Source: an uncultured Acidimicrobiia bacterium
GTDB taxonomy: Bacteria; Actinomycetota; Acidimicrobiia; Acidimicrobiales; AC-14
Assembly: GCA_963836205.1 (NCBI GenBank)
Contig: CAWIIV010000012.1
Coordinates: 64,001 to 128,000, forward strand
DNA length: 64,000 nt
Reading direction: 5' to 3'
The position numbers and the translations under genes are program-made. The notes beneath the pieces were generated by a model. That model saw only the letters and a program-made list of their open reading frames with translations. It was not told where the DNA came from and ran no database searches. Below, piece by piece: positions 40,250 to 51,091 of this stretch (the first letter of the stretch is position 1; each line of letters opens with the position of its first letter).

Positions 40250-40705
40250 GGTGGAAGTCCAGGTCAGACTCCCATGCCTTGCTGCCGCGAGCATGTGACG
40301 GCCGGACGACACCGAAGAGATCCCCGCTCCGGAGCGCTACTCGCCTGCCGGTCAGAGTGACGAAGTGGCCCAGCGCAGCCTGAGCCTGGCTCGCCGGCAG
40401 CTGCAGATCCTCGACGATGCCCTGGCGGACAGGCGGGCGAGCGAGCCTCATGACGACGAGCGCTTCGCCTGCCCGAAAGGCGGCGAGGGCCTCGCGGGAG
40501 GAGGCCGCTCCCGCTTGGTCCGCGTCAGCGCCCCGTCCGACATTGATGCGTGCCGGTCCGATGAACGGAAAGGCCGCGGGGAAGTCCACGCCGAGCCGGG
40601 CTCGATCATCTCCCGCACGGGGTTCCGCCCCGTTGCGGCGGTATTCTCGTGACAACCGAACGCGAGGGCATACAGCGTCCCTCGTGACATACGAGAGGCA
40701 AACGT

Positions 40706-42756
40706 ATGCGGCGGACTCATGTGGGTGGCCTGTCATTCGTCGTTCTGTCTTGCCTGTCGGCCTCCGGGATGAGTCTCGCCGGGGCCCAGGTCGGCGGCGG
40801 GACACCCATACCGAATGCAGCCGGAGCGACCGCCACCGACGCGGTGAGATTCCGGCACGAGTTCGGACTCGAGGCGACTCCCGAGCACGTCCTGGCGGTC
40901 GCCAGGGGCCAGCGGGGCCCGACCACGGCGGAGTACGGACTTCCGCTGACGTCGGCCGAAGCGGCGAAGATCGCGACCCAGACACGGATCGATGGTCGCC
41001 TGGGCGCCGCCCAGCTGAGCCTGGCCGATGAGCTGAAGGGCCGCTTCGAGGGCCTTTGGATCGACCACGCCGCGGGAGGCATCGTCCATGTGGCCGTGAC
41101 GGGCGATCCCGCCACCGCGGGCGGAGAGACGCTGCGGGCGCTGCGGGGCCCGACCCAGGTGGTCGTGTCGTCGGCGCCGGTCACCCTCGACCAGCTCAAG
41201 GCCACGCAGGCCCGAGTCTCCACCGGCACCAGCCGGGTCACCACCGCCACGGTCGTCCAGTCCTACATCGACGTCCGCACGGCCGAGGTCGTCGTCGGAG
41301 TCGACCGCGAGCCGGAGAAGGCGAGGGACGAGATCCGGCTCCTGGCGGCCAGCGATCGGGTGCGGACGGTCAGGGTTCCGGCCCCCGGGCCCCTCGACCG
41401 GTCCACCAACTTCCCGCCCGTGAAGGCGGGACTGCAGATCAACTCCCCGACCGCGCGGTGCACTTCCAGCATCGGGACCCACATCCAGGCCCAGCGCTTC
41501 GTGCTCACCGCCGGCCACTGCGAGACCTCCGGCCCGGGGGCGACCGGCTCCGCATGGAGTGTCGGTTCGTTCGCCGCCTTCGGGACCATGGTCGGCAACA
41601 ACTTCGTGAACGGCACCAACGCCGACGCCGCCGCCATCACCGTGTCGGCGGGCGACTCGGGTGGCGTGTCGTGCGTCTACCACAGCGACGGCGACTGTCG
41701 CCGCGCCATCGGGTACATCGACCCCGTGATCGGCCAACTGGTGTGCTTCTCGGGCTCCAGTACGAACGGGATCGGTTGCGGGACGGTTGTCTCGACCACG
41801 TTCTCGGGGACCTACACCGGCCAGGGGGTGTCGTTCAACAACCTCCACCTGGCCACCGCCTGCCCCATCCCGGGGGACAGCGGCTCGCCGGTGTTCTCGA
41901 CCGAGGGTTCCCTCGATGTCTCCCACGGCATCCTGTCGGGCGTGGCCCAGGGGGGCGACGGCGGTTGCCAGATGACCTACTCGCCCTGGAGCCAGATCTC
42001 CTTCGCGCTCGGGCTGCGCCCCGAATGGACATCGGTCGGACGGGACTCGATCGGGGTGCACCGGCCCTCGGCGGTCAGCTTCTACCTCACCGACAGCCTG
42101 GGATCGGGAGCACCCACCGAATACGTGGCGTCCTTCGGCCTGAGCACCGACATCGCCGTGAGCGGAGACTGGGACGCCGACGGCCGGGACTCGATCGGGA
42201 TCTTCCGCCCGTCGGAAGGGCGCTTCTACCTCTCCAACTCTCGCTCCGGCGGCCCTCCGGCCAACTACGCGGTGCTGTTCGGCGCGGGGTCGGACATCCC
42301 GGTCACTGGCGACTGGGACGGCGACGGCCGCGACAGTGTGGGCGTCTTCCGTCCGTCGACCGCCCACTTCTACCTGACCAACAGCTTCGCCGCCGCCGCC
42401 CCGACGAACTACGACGTCCTGCTCGGGGATCGGGCGATCGGCCAGTGGCCGGTGACTGGGACGGCAACGGCTTGTCGTCGCCCGGGATCTTCCGTCCGTC
42501 CGAGGCTCGCTTCTACATGACCAACTCGGTGGCCGCCTTCCCCGCGACCCACTACCAGGTGTACTTCGGCATCGGCAGCGACACGCCGGTGGCGGGGGAC
42601 TGGGAGGGGGACGGGCGCTCGTCGCCCGGGGTGTACCGGTCGAATATCGACCGGTACTACCTCACCAACAGCTTCGCCCCGGCGGCGCCGGCCCATTACA
42701 ACGTGCCCTTCGGCGGCGGCAGCGACGTTCCGCTCGTCGGCACCTGGGACGGCTGA
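40706..42756 (+). CDS. Secreted S1 (alpha-lytic/streptogrisin-like) serine protease with FG-GAP-like repeats (frameshift near 42430)
   Basis: Signal/propeptide, TAGHC, GDSGS, repeated GDWDGDGRDSxG(I/V)FRPS units. Confidence 0.85.
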
Positions 42757-42908
42757 CTGCAGCCCTCACCGGTCTTCGTCGAACGGTGCCTCCGGCGGCG
42801 CGGCCCGCTCCGGCCACCCAGGTGGTCACGCCCTTGACGATCGTGTTTCCTTATCCTTGATGGTTGGTTGCGCACCGGAGGGATCTGCCTCGACCAAAGG
42901 GGGTCGTA

Positions 42909-44129
42909 GTGAACGTCCGACTCAGGCACTTCGCACGTCGTGGGATCGGGATCGCCACCGTGGCGGTGATGCTGGCCGCCTGCGGCAGCGACTCCGATGA
43001 CGACTCCGCCACGACGGACACCACGACGGGTGGCGGGACGGCGGTCAACATCACCGCATCCTCGTTCACCAGCGATTTCTCGGCCATGGCCCAGCTCAAG
43101 GACCTGGCCGCCCGGGGCGAGGGGATGATCGCCGTCCTCCTGCCCGACACCACCACGTCGGCCCGGTACGAGTCGTTCGACCGTCCCTACCTCACCCGGG
43201 CCTTCGAGGCGGCCGGGCTCTCGTCGAGCGACTTCAAGATCGACAACGCCCAGGGCAGCGCCAGCACCATGCAGACCCAGGCCGAGGCGGCCATCACCCA
43301 GGGAGCCAGCGTCCTGCTCGTCGACGCGCTCGACTCGGGCAGCGGCGCCGCCATCGAGGCCAACGCCGCCTCCAAGGGCGTGAAGGTCATCGACTACGAC
43401 CGGCTGACCAAGGGCGGGTCGTCCGACCGGGTCTACGTCAGCTTCGACAACGTCAAGGTCGGCCAGCTCATCGGCCAGGGCGAGATCGACTGCATCTCGG
43501 CGTGGAACGTCGCCAACCCCAACGTCCTCATCATGAACGGCGACCCCACCGACAACAACGCCAGCCAGTTCGCCGAGGGCTACAACGGCGTGCTCAAGCC
43601 CCTCTTCGACAACGGCACCTACGTCAAGGTCGCCGAGCCCCCGGGCACGTGGACCCCGTCGGTGGCGGCCACCACCTTCCAGCAGCAGCTGACGGCCCAC
43701 CCTGCGACCAACGCCGTCGTCACGCCGAACGACGACAACGCCAACGCCGTCATCGCCGTCCTTCAGTCGCAGAACGTGCCGGCCAAGACCTTCCCCACCA
43801 CCGGCCAGGACGCATCCCTCAGCGGGCTGCAGAACATCCTCAAGGGCTACCAGTGCGGGACGGTCTACAAGCCGATCTACCTGGAGGCCCAGGCCGCAGC
43901 CGCGGTCGCCATCTACCTGCGGGCCGGTGAGACCCCACCTGCCGCCCTCACCAACGGCACCACCGAGGACTCCGACGCCGGCACCGACGTCCCCTCGGTG
44001 CTCCTGGCCCCGGTGTGGGTCACCGCCGAGAACATGGCCTCCACCGTGGTCGAGGACGGGGCGGTCAAGGTGTCCGACCTCTGCATCAGCGAGCTGACCG
44101 CCGCCTGCACCGCTGCCGGCATCAGCTAG
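42909..44129 (+). CDS. Sugar (xylose-type) ABC transporter substrate-binding lipoprotein
   Basis: LAAC lipobox, LLPDTTTSARYESFDRP, VIDYDRL, YVSFDN, TTGQDA. Confidence 0.9.
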   Translation: MNVRLRHFARRGIGIATVAVMLAACGSDSDDDSATTDTTTGGGTAVNITASSFTSDFSAMAQLKDLAARGEGMIAVLLPDTTTSARYESFDRPYLTRAFEAAGLSSSDFKIDNAQGSASTMQTQAEAAITQGASVLLVDALDSGSGAAIEANAASKGVKVIDYDRLTKGGSSDRVYVSFDNVKVGQLIGQGEIDCISAWNVANPNVLIMNGDPTDNNASQFAEGYNGVLKPLFDNGTYVKVAEPPGTWTPSVAATTFQQQLTAHPATNAVVTPNDDNANAVIAVLQSQNVPAKTFPTTGQDASLSGLQNILKGYQCGTVYKPIYLEAQAAAAVAIYLRAGETPPAALTNGTTEDSDAGTDVPSVLLAPVWVTAENMASTVVEDGAVKVSDLCISELTAACTAAGIS

Positions 44130-44133
44130 CGCG

Positions 44134-44940
44134 GTGACGACGGACGTCGTTCCCGAAGCAGCGCCCCCGGCCCCCGCCGGTGCCGGGGGACCGCTGCTCC
44201 AGCTCCAGGGCCTGCAGAAGCACTTCGGGGCCGTCCAGGCCCTCACCGACGTCACCCTCGACGTGCCTGCGGGCCAGGTCACGGCCCTGGTCGGCGACAA
44301 CGGGGCCGGCAAGTCGGTGCTCATCAAATGCATCTCGGGCATCCACAGCCCGGATGGCGGCCAGATCCTGTGGGAGGGGAGGCCGGTCCAGCTCAAGAGC
44401 CCGCGGGACGCGGCCGCGCTCGGGATCGAGACCGTCCACCAGGACCTGGCCCTGTGCGACAACCTCGACATCGTCCAGAACATGTTCCTCGGCCGGGAGA
44501 AGGTGCGGCACCTGGCCCTGGCCGAGGAGGACATGGAGAAGGCGGCGGGGGCCACCCTGAGCAGCCTGGCGGTGACCACCGTGCGCTCCATCCGCCAGCC
44601 GGTGGCGTCGCTCTCGGGGGGCCAGCGCCAGTCGGTGGCCATCGCCAAGGCCGTGCTGTGGAACTCGAAGCTGGTGATCATGGACGAGCCCACCGCGGCC
44701 CTCGGCGTGGCCCAGACGGCGATGGTGCTCGGCCTCGTCCGGCGGCTGGCCGACCGGGGGCTGGCGGTGATGATCGTGTCCCACAACATGAACGACGTGT
44801 TCGAGGTGGCCGACCGGATCGCGGTGCTCCGCCTGGGGAAGATGGTGGCAGTCAGGGCCGCGGCCGAGCTCGACCGGCAGATCGTGGTCGACCTCATGAC
44901 CAGCGGCGTGTCGACCCGGAGCAACGGGGGTGGCGGGTGA
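44134..44940 (+). CDS. Sugar ABC transporter ATP-binding protein
   Basis: GDNGAGKS, LSGGQRQ, IMDEPTAALG. Confidence 0.92.
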   Translation: MTTDVVPEAAPPAPAGAGGPLLQLQGLQKHFGAVQALTDVTLDVPAGQVTALVGDNGAGKSVLIKCISGIHSPDGGQILWEGRPVQLKSPRDAAALGIETVHQDLALCDNLDIVQNMFLGREKVRHLALAEEDMEKAAGATLSSLAVTTVRSIRQPVASLSGGQRQSVAIAKAVLWNSKLVIMDEPTAALGVAQTAMVLGLVRRLADRGLAVMIVSHNMNDVFEVADRIAVLRLGKMVAVRAAAELDRQIVVDLMTSGVSTRSNGGGG

Positions 44941-46250
44941 CCAAGGTCGAGGGGCCCGAGTCGGCCGACGGCGTGGTCGCGGTGGAGGCCGAGGAGGAGC
45001 TGTCGGAGGCGGCCGCCACCCAGTCCGACCTGGCCGTCGCCCCCGAGATCCTGGCCAACTCCCTGGGCGAGTACCTGCGGGCGGCGCTGGCCCGGGTGAA
45101 GGCGGGCGATGCCGGCGTGCTGCCGGTGGTGGCCGGGCTCATCCTCATCTCGGCTCTGTTCCAGACCCTCAACTCCAACTTCCTCACCTCCGGAAACATG
45201 GTCAACCTCCTGATCCAGGGGGCGGCCTACATGCTCCTGGCCATGGGGATGGTGTTCCCGCTGCTGCTGGGCGAGATCGACCTGTCCATCGGGTTCGTCA
45301 GCGGCATCGGCGGGGTCGTCATGGCCGAGCTGGTCCGGCAGTCGATGGGCTGGCCCTGGTGGGCGGCCGTCGTCGTCGCCCTCCTCGTCTGCGCCGCCAT
45401 CGGCGCCGTCCAGGGGACGATCATCACCCGCCTGGGCCTGCCCGCCTTCGTCGTCACCCTGGCCGGCCTTCTCGGCTGGCAGGGCGTGATGCTCATAATC
45501 CTCGGCACCGGCGGATCGCTGCCCATCAACGACAAGGTCATCAACAACCTGGCCAGTGGCAGCCTCACGCCGGCGGCGGGGTGGATCGTCATCCTGGGGA
45601 TCGTCACCGTCTTCGCGGCCCGGATGTGGGTGCGCGACCGGCGCCGGCGGGAGAGCGGCCTGGTGACGCCGCCGGCCAGCGTGACGTTGCTGAAGATCGG
45701 CGCCGCCTACCTGGCCGGCATCGCGGTGGTGGTCGTGTGCAACGCCGACCGGGGCCGGCTGGTGCCGATCAGGGGGCTGCCGTGGGTGGTGCTGATCGTG
45801 CTCGGCGTGCTCACCATGTGGACCCTGCTCCTGGGACGGACCACGTTCGGCCGCTACATCTACGCCATCGGCGGCAACCCCGAGGCGGCCCGCCGGGCCG
45901 GCGTGAACCTGGCCTGGATCCGGACGCTCGCCTTCACCCTGGCGTCGTTCACCGCCGGCATCGCGGGCATCGTCTACGCCTCCCGGCTGCGGTCGGTGTC
46001 GACGTCGTTGGACGGGGGAACCCTCGTGCTCTACGCGGTGGCCGCCGCCGTCATCGGTGGGACGAGCCTGTTCGGGGGCCGGGGCAAGGCCATCCACGCC
46101 GTGCTCGGGGGGCTGGTGATCGCTGCCATCGACAACGGGATGGGCCTCCAGGGGTACAGCGCGGCCAGCAAGTACGTGGTGACCGCCCTCGTCCTGCTGG
46201 CCGCGGTCACCATCGACGCCGTCGCCCGCCGGGGCCGCACTGCCCGCTGA
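44937..46250 (+). CDS. Sugar ABC transporter permease
   Basis: GEIDLSIG, PAFVVTLAG, AIGGNPEAARRAG, VIGGTSLFGGRG. Confidence 0.92.
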   Translation: MTKVEGPESADGVVAVEAEEELSEAAATQSDLAVAPEILANSLGEYLRAALARVKAGDAGVLPVVAGLILISALFQTLNSNFLTSGNMVNLLIQGAAYMLLAMGMVFPLLLGEIDLSIGFVSGIGGVVMAELVRQSMGWPWWAAVVVALLVCAAIGAVQGTIITRLGLPAFVVTLAGLLGWQGVMLIILGTGGSLPINDKVINNLASGSLTPAAGWIVILGIVTVFAARMWVRDRRRRESGLVTPPASVTLLKIGAAYLAGIAVVVVCNADRGRLVPIRGLPWVVLIVLGVLTMWTLLLGRTTFGRYIYAIGGNPEAARRAGVNLAWIRTLAFTLASFTAGIAGIVYASRLRSVSTSLDGGTLVLYAVAAAVIGGTSLFGGRGKAIHAVLGGLVIAAIDNGMGLQGYSAASKYVVTALVLLAAVTIDAVARRGRTAR

Positions 46251-47325
46251 CGGCGAGCCCGAGCCCGTCCGGGTCGCGCTCGTCGGCTACGGGTTCGCGG
46301 GGGAGACGTTCCACGCCCCGTTCATCGAGGCGGTCGGTGGTCTGGAGCTGGCCGCCGTCGTCACGTCCGACCCGGCCCGGCAAGCCCGGGCGGCGGCGGC
46401 CCATCCCCGGGCGACGTTGCTCCCGAACGCCGACGAGCTGTTGGCCGCGGCCGGCGGACTCGGCGTCGGGTTGGTCGTGGTGGCCGCACCGAACCGGGCC
46501 CACGTCCCCGTCGCCCGGGCGGCCCTCGCCGCGGGGCTGGCCGTGGTGGTCGACAAGCCCCTCGCCCCGACCGCGGCCGAGGGGTGGGACCTGGTGGCTG
46601 AGGCCGAGCGGCGGGGACTGCTGCTGACGGTGTTCCACAACCGCCGGTGGGACGGCGACTTCCTCACCGTCCGCCGCCTGGTCGACTCGGGGGCGCTGGG
46701 GGAGGTGTGGCGGTTCGAGTCCCGGTTCGAGCGCTGGCGGCCGGAGCGGCCGGCGGACGCCTGGCGGGAGCGAGCCGACCCTGGTGAGGGCGGCGGGATC
46801 CTCCTCGACCTGGGCAGCCACCTCGTGGACCAGGCGCTCGTGCTGCTCGGACCGCCGACCTCGGCGTACGCCGAGGTGGCCCGCCGGCGACCGGGGGCCG
46901 AGGTCGACGACGACGTGTTCGTGGCCCTCGAGCACGGTGGGGGAGCGTGGTCGCACCTGTGGGCGAGCTCGGTGGCGCCCCGGGCCGCCCCCCGATTCCG
47001 AGTCCTCGGGTCGGTCGCCGGCTACGAGGTGTGGGGCATGGACCCCCAGGAGGAGGCGCTCAAGCGGGGCGAGCATCCCGGCGGGCCCGGCTGGGGGGCG
47101 CCGGCGCCCGAGCGACGGGGGACGCTCGGGGCCGGGGACCAGACGGTGGCGGTGCCGACCGAGGCCGGTGACTACGGCCGTTTCTACGAGAGCGTGGTGG
47201 CATCGCTCCGCTCCGGTGGGCCGCCGCCGGTCGACCCCCGGGACGCGGTCCGCACGCTGGAGGTGCTCGACGCCGCCCGGCGGAGCGCGGCGACGGGTCA
47301 GACGGTCACGCTCGATTCCCGGTAG
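46240..47325 (+). CDS. Gfo/Idh/MocA oxidoreductase (start uncertain)
   Basis: In-frame VRVALVGYGFAG upstream of the called ORF, VVDKP, FHNRRWDGDF, GILLDLGSH. Confidence 0.88.
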   Translation: MPADGEPEPVRVALVGYGFAGETFHAPFIEAVGGLELAAVVTSDPARQARAAAAHPRATLLPNADELLAAAGGLGVGLVVVAAPNRAHVPVARAALAAGLAVVVDKPLAPTAAEGWDLVAEAERRGLLLTVFHNRRWDGDFLTVRRLVDSGALGEVWRFESRFERWRPERPADAWRERADPGEGGGILLDLGSHLVDQALVLLGPPTSAYAEVARRRPGAEVDDDVFVALEHGGGAWSHLWASSVAPRAAPRFRVLGSVAGYEVWGMDPQEEALKRGEHPGGPGWGAPAPERRGTLGAGDQTVAVPTEAGDYGRFYESVVASLRSGGPPPVDPRDAVRTLEVLDAARRSAATGQTVTLDSR

Positions 47326-47502
47326 GCGGGTGGGGGCCGGTGCCGGGAGGACCGAGGTCGAGGCTGGATGGGTTTGGGTCTGGGAGACTTCCGCTGCTCT
47401 CCGCTGGGGTGAGCAATCTGAACGTTGGGTAACGCGCAAGTGCCGTACTGGCACGACGAGGCTGTCTCGATCCGTGCCGTTCCTGGCCAAGGAGGTCCAC
47501 TG

Positions 47503-49179
47503 ATGACACCACTCGGGGCGCCCATCGGATCCAGACTGGGTCGACGGGTCGGGCGAGGTGCCCGCCTGGTCGTGATCCTGGCGGCCGTCGCCATGCTCGC
47601 CGCGGCCTGCGGCTCCGACGACGACACGTCGACGGGCGCGTCAGGGGGCGAGGAGTCTGGCGGTGTGTTCCGAATCCCGATCGGCGAGCCGAGGGCGATC
47701 GACCCCTTCAACGCCCGCGAGTCCGAGGGCCTCGACGTCGCCCGCTCGATCTTCGTGGGCCTGGTCACCTTCGACGGCAACGCCGAGCTGAAGATGCTCC
47801 CCGGCGTGGCCGAGACGTGGGAGCCCAACGACGCCTGTACCCAGTGGACCTTCCATCTCCGTGACAGCCAGTTCTCCAACGGCGAGCCCGTCGACGCGGC
47901 CGCCTTCATCCGGGGCTGGACCCGCTCGGCCGACGCCAAGTCGGCCTCCCAGGTGTCCTATCACCTGGCCGGCATCGAGGGTTACGACGCGCTCCACGGC
48001 GACCCCCAGACCTCCACCACCTTCTCCGGCCTGTCCGCCCCCGACGCCAAGACCCTCGTCGTGCGCCTGAGCTCGCCCGACTGCGAGTTCGACAAGAAGA
48101 CGCTCGTGTCGCCGATGAGCCCGGTGCCGACGGTGGCGGGCGCGGCCGACAACCAGGTGTTCAACGAGGCGCCCATCGGCAACGGGCCGTTCATGATGAA
48201 GCCCGGCACCAAGTGGGAGCACAACCAGAGCATCACCCTCGTCCGCAACGACACCTACTTCGGGCCCAAGCCGTTCCTCGACCAGATCGACTTCACCATC
48301 TTCCCGGCCGAGGGCCGCCTCGAGGCCGAGTACCGCGCCTTCACCGCGGGCGAGGCCGACTTCGCCCGCATCCCGCCCACCCTCTTCCGCCAGGCCAAGG
48401 CCACCTATGAGCCCCAGGGCTCGTTCTTCCAGTTCGAGGGCTTCGGCATCAACTACCTGGTGGCCAACAACGCCGATGGCCCCATGGCCAACCCCGACGC
48501 CCGCAAGGCGGTGTCGATGGCCCTCGACCGTGCCGCCATCGCCGAGGGGGTGTACCAGGGGTCGTTGTCCCCGGCCAGCGCCCTGCTCTCGCCCCCCTTC
48601 GGGGAGTTCTTCCAGGACGGGGTGTGCGGCGAGTCCTGCACGTTCGACGAGGCCAAGGCCAAGGAGGCGGCGGCCAGGGGTGGCCTCACCGCCGGCACCC
48701 ACATCCGGCTTCTCTACAACAACGACGGCGGCCACGAGGCATTCGTGCAGGCAGTGCAGGACCAGCTGCAACGGACGCTGGGTGTGGTGGTCGATCTCGA
48801 AGGCGTGCCCTTCGCCGAGAGCCTGACCAAGCAGGACGAGGGTGCATTCGATCTGGCCCGGTCGGCGTGGACGGCCGACTACCCCACGCCCGACGCCACC
48901 CTCTACCCGTTGCTGTACAGCACCTCGGCCGACAACCAGGGCAAGTACTCGAACACCACTGTCGACGACCTGGTGGTGACGGCCCGGGCCACCAAGGACG
49001 CGGCGGCGCGCCTGAGCCAGCTGAAGGAGGCCGAGAAGATCGCCATCGGCACCGACCTGGGCAAGATCCCGATGTTCTACCGGACCCAGTACCGGGTCTT
49101 CGACTCCGACAAGTGGACCGGCGTCGACGTCGACTACACCGAGACGGCCACCTTCGCCACCATCCGGCTGAAGTCCTGA
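47503..49179 (+). CDS. Peptide ABC transporter substrate-binding lipoprotein
   Basis: LAAAC lipobox, WTFHLR..FSNGEPV, PIGNGPF, WTADYP. Confidence 0.9.
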   Translation: MTPLGAPIGSRLGRRVGRGARLVVILAAVAMLAAACGSDDDTSTGASGGEESGGVFRIPIGEPRAIDPFNARESEGLDVARSIFVGLVTFDGNAELKMLPGVAETWEPNDACTQWTFHLRDSQFSNGEPVDAAAFIRGWTRSADAKSASQVSYHLAGIEGYDALHGDPQTSTTFSGLSAPDAKTLVVRLSSPDCEFDKKTLVSPMSPVPTVAGAADNQVFNEAPIGNGPFMMKPGTKWEHNQSITLVRNDTYFGPKPFLDQIDFTIFPAEGRLEAEYRAFTAGEADFARIPPTLFRQAKATYEPQGSFFQFEGFGINYLVANNADGPMANPDARKAVSMALDRAAIAEGVYQGSLSPASALLSPPFGEFFQDGVCGESCTFDEAKAKEAAARGGLTAGTHIRLLYNNDGGHEAFVQAVQDQLQRTLGVVVDLEGVPFAESLTKQDEGAFDLARSAWTADYPTPDATLYPLLYSTSADNQGKYSNTTVDDLVVTARATKDAAARLSQLKEAEKIAIGTDLGKIPMFYRTQYRVFDSDKWTGVDVDYTETATFATIRLKS

Positions 49180-49198
49180 CCCGGAGGGTCCACGAGCG

Positions 49199-50128
49199 AT
49201 GACGAGGTATGTCGTCCGGCGAATGCTGCAGATGATGCTGGTCCTGTTCGGGGCCAGCATCGTCCTCTTCGTCTGCCTGTTCGTCGTCCCCGGCGACCCC
49301 ATCTCCACCCAGCAGGGCGAGGGTCGCCGGATCGACTCGTCCACCCGCCAGGTCCTGGAGCGTCGGTACCACCTCGACCAGCCGCTGCCGACGCAGTACG
49401 TGCACTACGTCGGCCGGCTGGTCCAGGGCGACATGGGCGAGTCGTACACCTACCGGCGGTCGGTGAACGAGATCCTGGGCCAGAAGCTGGGCAACACCGT
49501 CAAGCTGGGACTGGCCGCCATCGCCCTGGAGATCGCCATCGGGGTGGTGGCGGGGGTGATCGCGGCCGTCTTCCGGTATTCGTTCCTCGACGTCCTGGTG
49601 ACCCTCTCCACCACCCTCGCCATCGGGTTCCCCACGTTCGTGATCGGCCTCGCCCTGCAGCAGGGATTCGCCATCAAATGGGGCCTCCTCCCACTCCAGG
49701 GGGCCAACGGGGGGCTGCGGTCGCTCATCCTGCCCGCCCTCACACTGGCGTCGGTCGACGCCGCCCTGGTCGCTCGCCTCATGCGGGGCTCGATGCTCGA
49801 GGTGCTGCGGGCCGACTACATCCGGACGGCCATGGCCAAGGGGCTGTCGAAGCGGGTCGTGCTCCTCAAGCACGCCCTGCGCAACTCGATCATCCCCGTG
49901 CTGACCTACCTCGGGATCACCTTTGGCACCCTGCTCGGCGGGGCCGTCATCACCGAGACCATCTTCAACTGGGACGGCGTGGGGCTGGCCCTGGTGGGGG
50001 CCATCCAGACCCAGGACAACCCCATCGTGCTCGGCGTGGTCACCTACGGCGTGGGCGTGTTCGTCCTGGTGAACCTGCTCGTCGACCTGTCGTACGCGGT
50101 GCTCGACCCGCGGATTCGGTTGTCGTAG
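49199..50128 (+). CDS. Peptide ABC permease (OppB-like)
   Basis: VPGDP, DYIRTAMAKG, GAVITETIF. Confidence 0.92.
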   Translation: MTRYVVRRMLQMMLVLFGASIVLFVCLFVVPGDPISTQQGEGRRIDSSTRQVLERRYHLDQPLPTQYVHYVGRLVQGDMGESYTYRRSVNEILGQKLGNTVKLGLAAIALEIAIGVVAGVIAAVFRYSFLDVLVTLSTTLAIGFPTFVIGLALQQGFAIKWGLLPLQGANGGLRSLILPALTLASVDAALVARLMRGSMLEVLRADYIRTAMAKGLSKRVVLLKHALRNSIIPVLTYLGITFGTLLGGAVITETIFNWDGVGLALVGAIQTQDNPIVLGVVTYGVGVFVLVNLLVDLSYAVLDPRIRLS

Positions 50129-50131
50129 GCG

Positions 50132-51091
50132 ATGTCGAACACTGCTCTTCCGCCCACGGTCGGTCCCTCCGGCGTCGGGGAGGTCACCCTGGAGGCGGGC
50201 GCCGGCGGGTTCGGCGCGGCCGAGTCCCAGGCCACCGCCCTCGGCATCCGGGTCCAGACCCAGTTCGGCGACATCCGGCGGCGGTTCTTCCGCAACAAGC
50301 TGGCGGTGGTCGGACTGGGGATGGTGGCCGTCGTGTTCGCCGCCGCCGTGCTCGCCCCCCTGCTGGCGCCCTTCGACCCCAAGGCCCAGGACCTGGCCAA
50401 CACACTCGGCTCCCCGTCGTCGGCCCACTGGCTGGGCACGGACGAGCTCGGGCGCGACGTGCTGAGCCGGATCCTCTACGGCACCCGGATCGCGGTGGTC
50501 GTGGGCCTGGCCACCATCCTGCTGGCCCTGGTCATCGGGGTGGTTCTGGGGGCGCTGTCGGGCTACCTGGGCGGGGCGTGGGACGCCGTCATCATGCGCG
50601 TCGCCGACGTGTTCTTCGCCTTCCCCCTTCTCATCGGCGCCATCGTGATCGTGCTGGTGGTGGGCCGGGGCCTCACGCCGGTGGTCCTCGCCCTGGGGAT
50701 CTTCAGCTGGGCCACAGTCGCCCGCCTGCTGCGCAGCTCGATCCTGTCGGTGCGGGAGAGCGAGTACGTGGAAGCGGCCCGGTCGCTGGGCGCCAGCCGG
50801 TTCCGGATCGTCACCCGCCACGTCCTGCCCAACTCGATGGCGCCGGTGCTCGTCTTCGCCATGGTGAGCGTGGCCACCGCCATCGTGGCCGAGGCGTCCC
50901 TCAGCTACCTGGGCGTCGGTCTGCCCCCCGACGTCCCCGACTGGGGGAACATGATCTCGGCCGGGAAGGACTACTTCGGGTTCAAGGACTTCCTGTGGTT
51001 CTTCCCGAGCCTGGCGGTGGTGTTCACGGTTCTCGGGTTCGTGTTCGTGGGCGACGGGCTCCGAGACGCCCTCGATCCGCGGCTGCGGTGA
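50132..51091 (+). CDS. Peptide ABC permease (OppC-like)
   Basis: [32 protein letters not shown]. Confidence 0.92.
   Translation: MSNTALPPTVGPSGVGEVTLEAGAGGFGAAESQATALGIRVQTQFGDIRRRFFRNKLAVVGLGMVAVVFAAAVLAPLLAPFDPKAQDLANTLGSPSSAHWLGTDELGRDVLSRILYGTRIAVVVGLATILLALVIGVVLGALSGYLGGAWDAVIMRVADVFFAFPLLIGAIVIVLVVGRGLTPVVLALGIFSWATVARLLRSSILSVRESEYVEAARSLGASRFRIVTRHVLPNSMAPVLVFAMVSVATAIVAEASLSYLGVGLPPDVPDWGNMISAGKDYFGFKDFLWFFPSLAVVFTVLGFVFVGDGLRDALDPRLR

Noticed and set aside
42030-42756. CRISPR array or DGR-like repeats
   Set aside because: The repeats are degenerate in-frame protein repeats (GDWDGDG). There are no identical repeats with unique spacers, and no cas or reverse transcriptase genes in the window.
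42696-46097. 1133-aa minus-strand ORF and similar long ORFs (e.g. 58636-61461, 21674-23578, 14856-16772)
   Set aside because: These are antisense or off-frame shadows of clear genes, expected in high-GC DNA, with no motifs.
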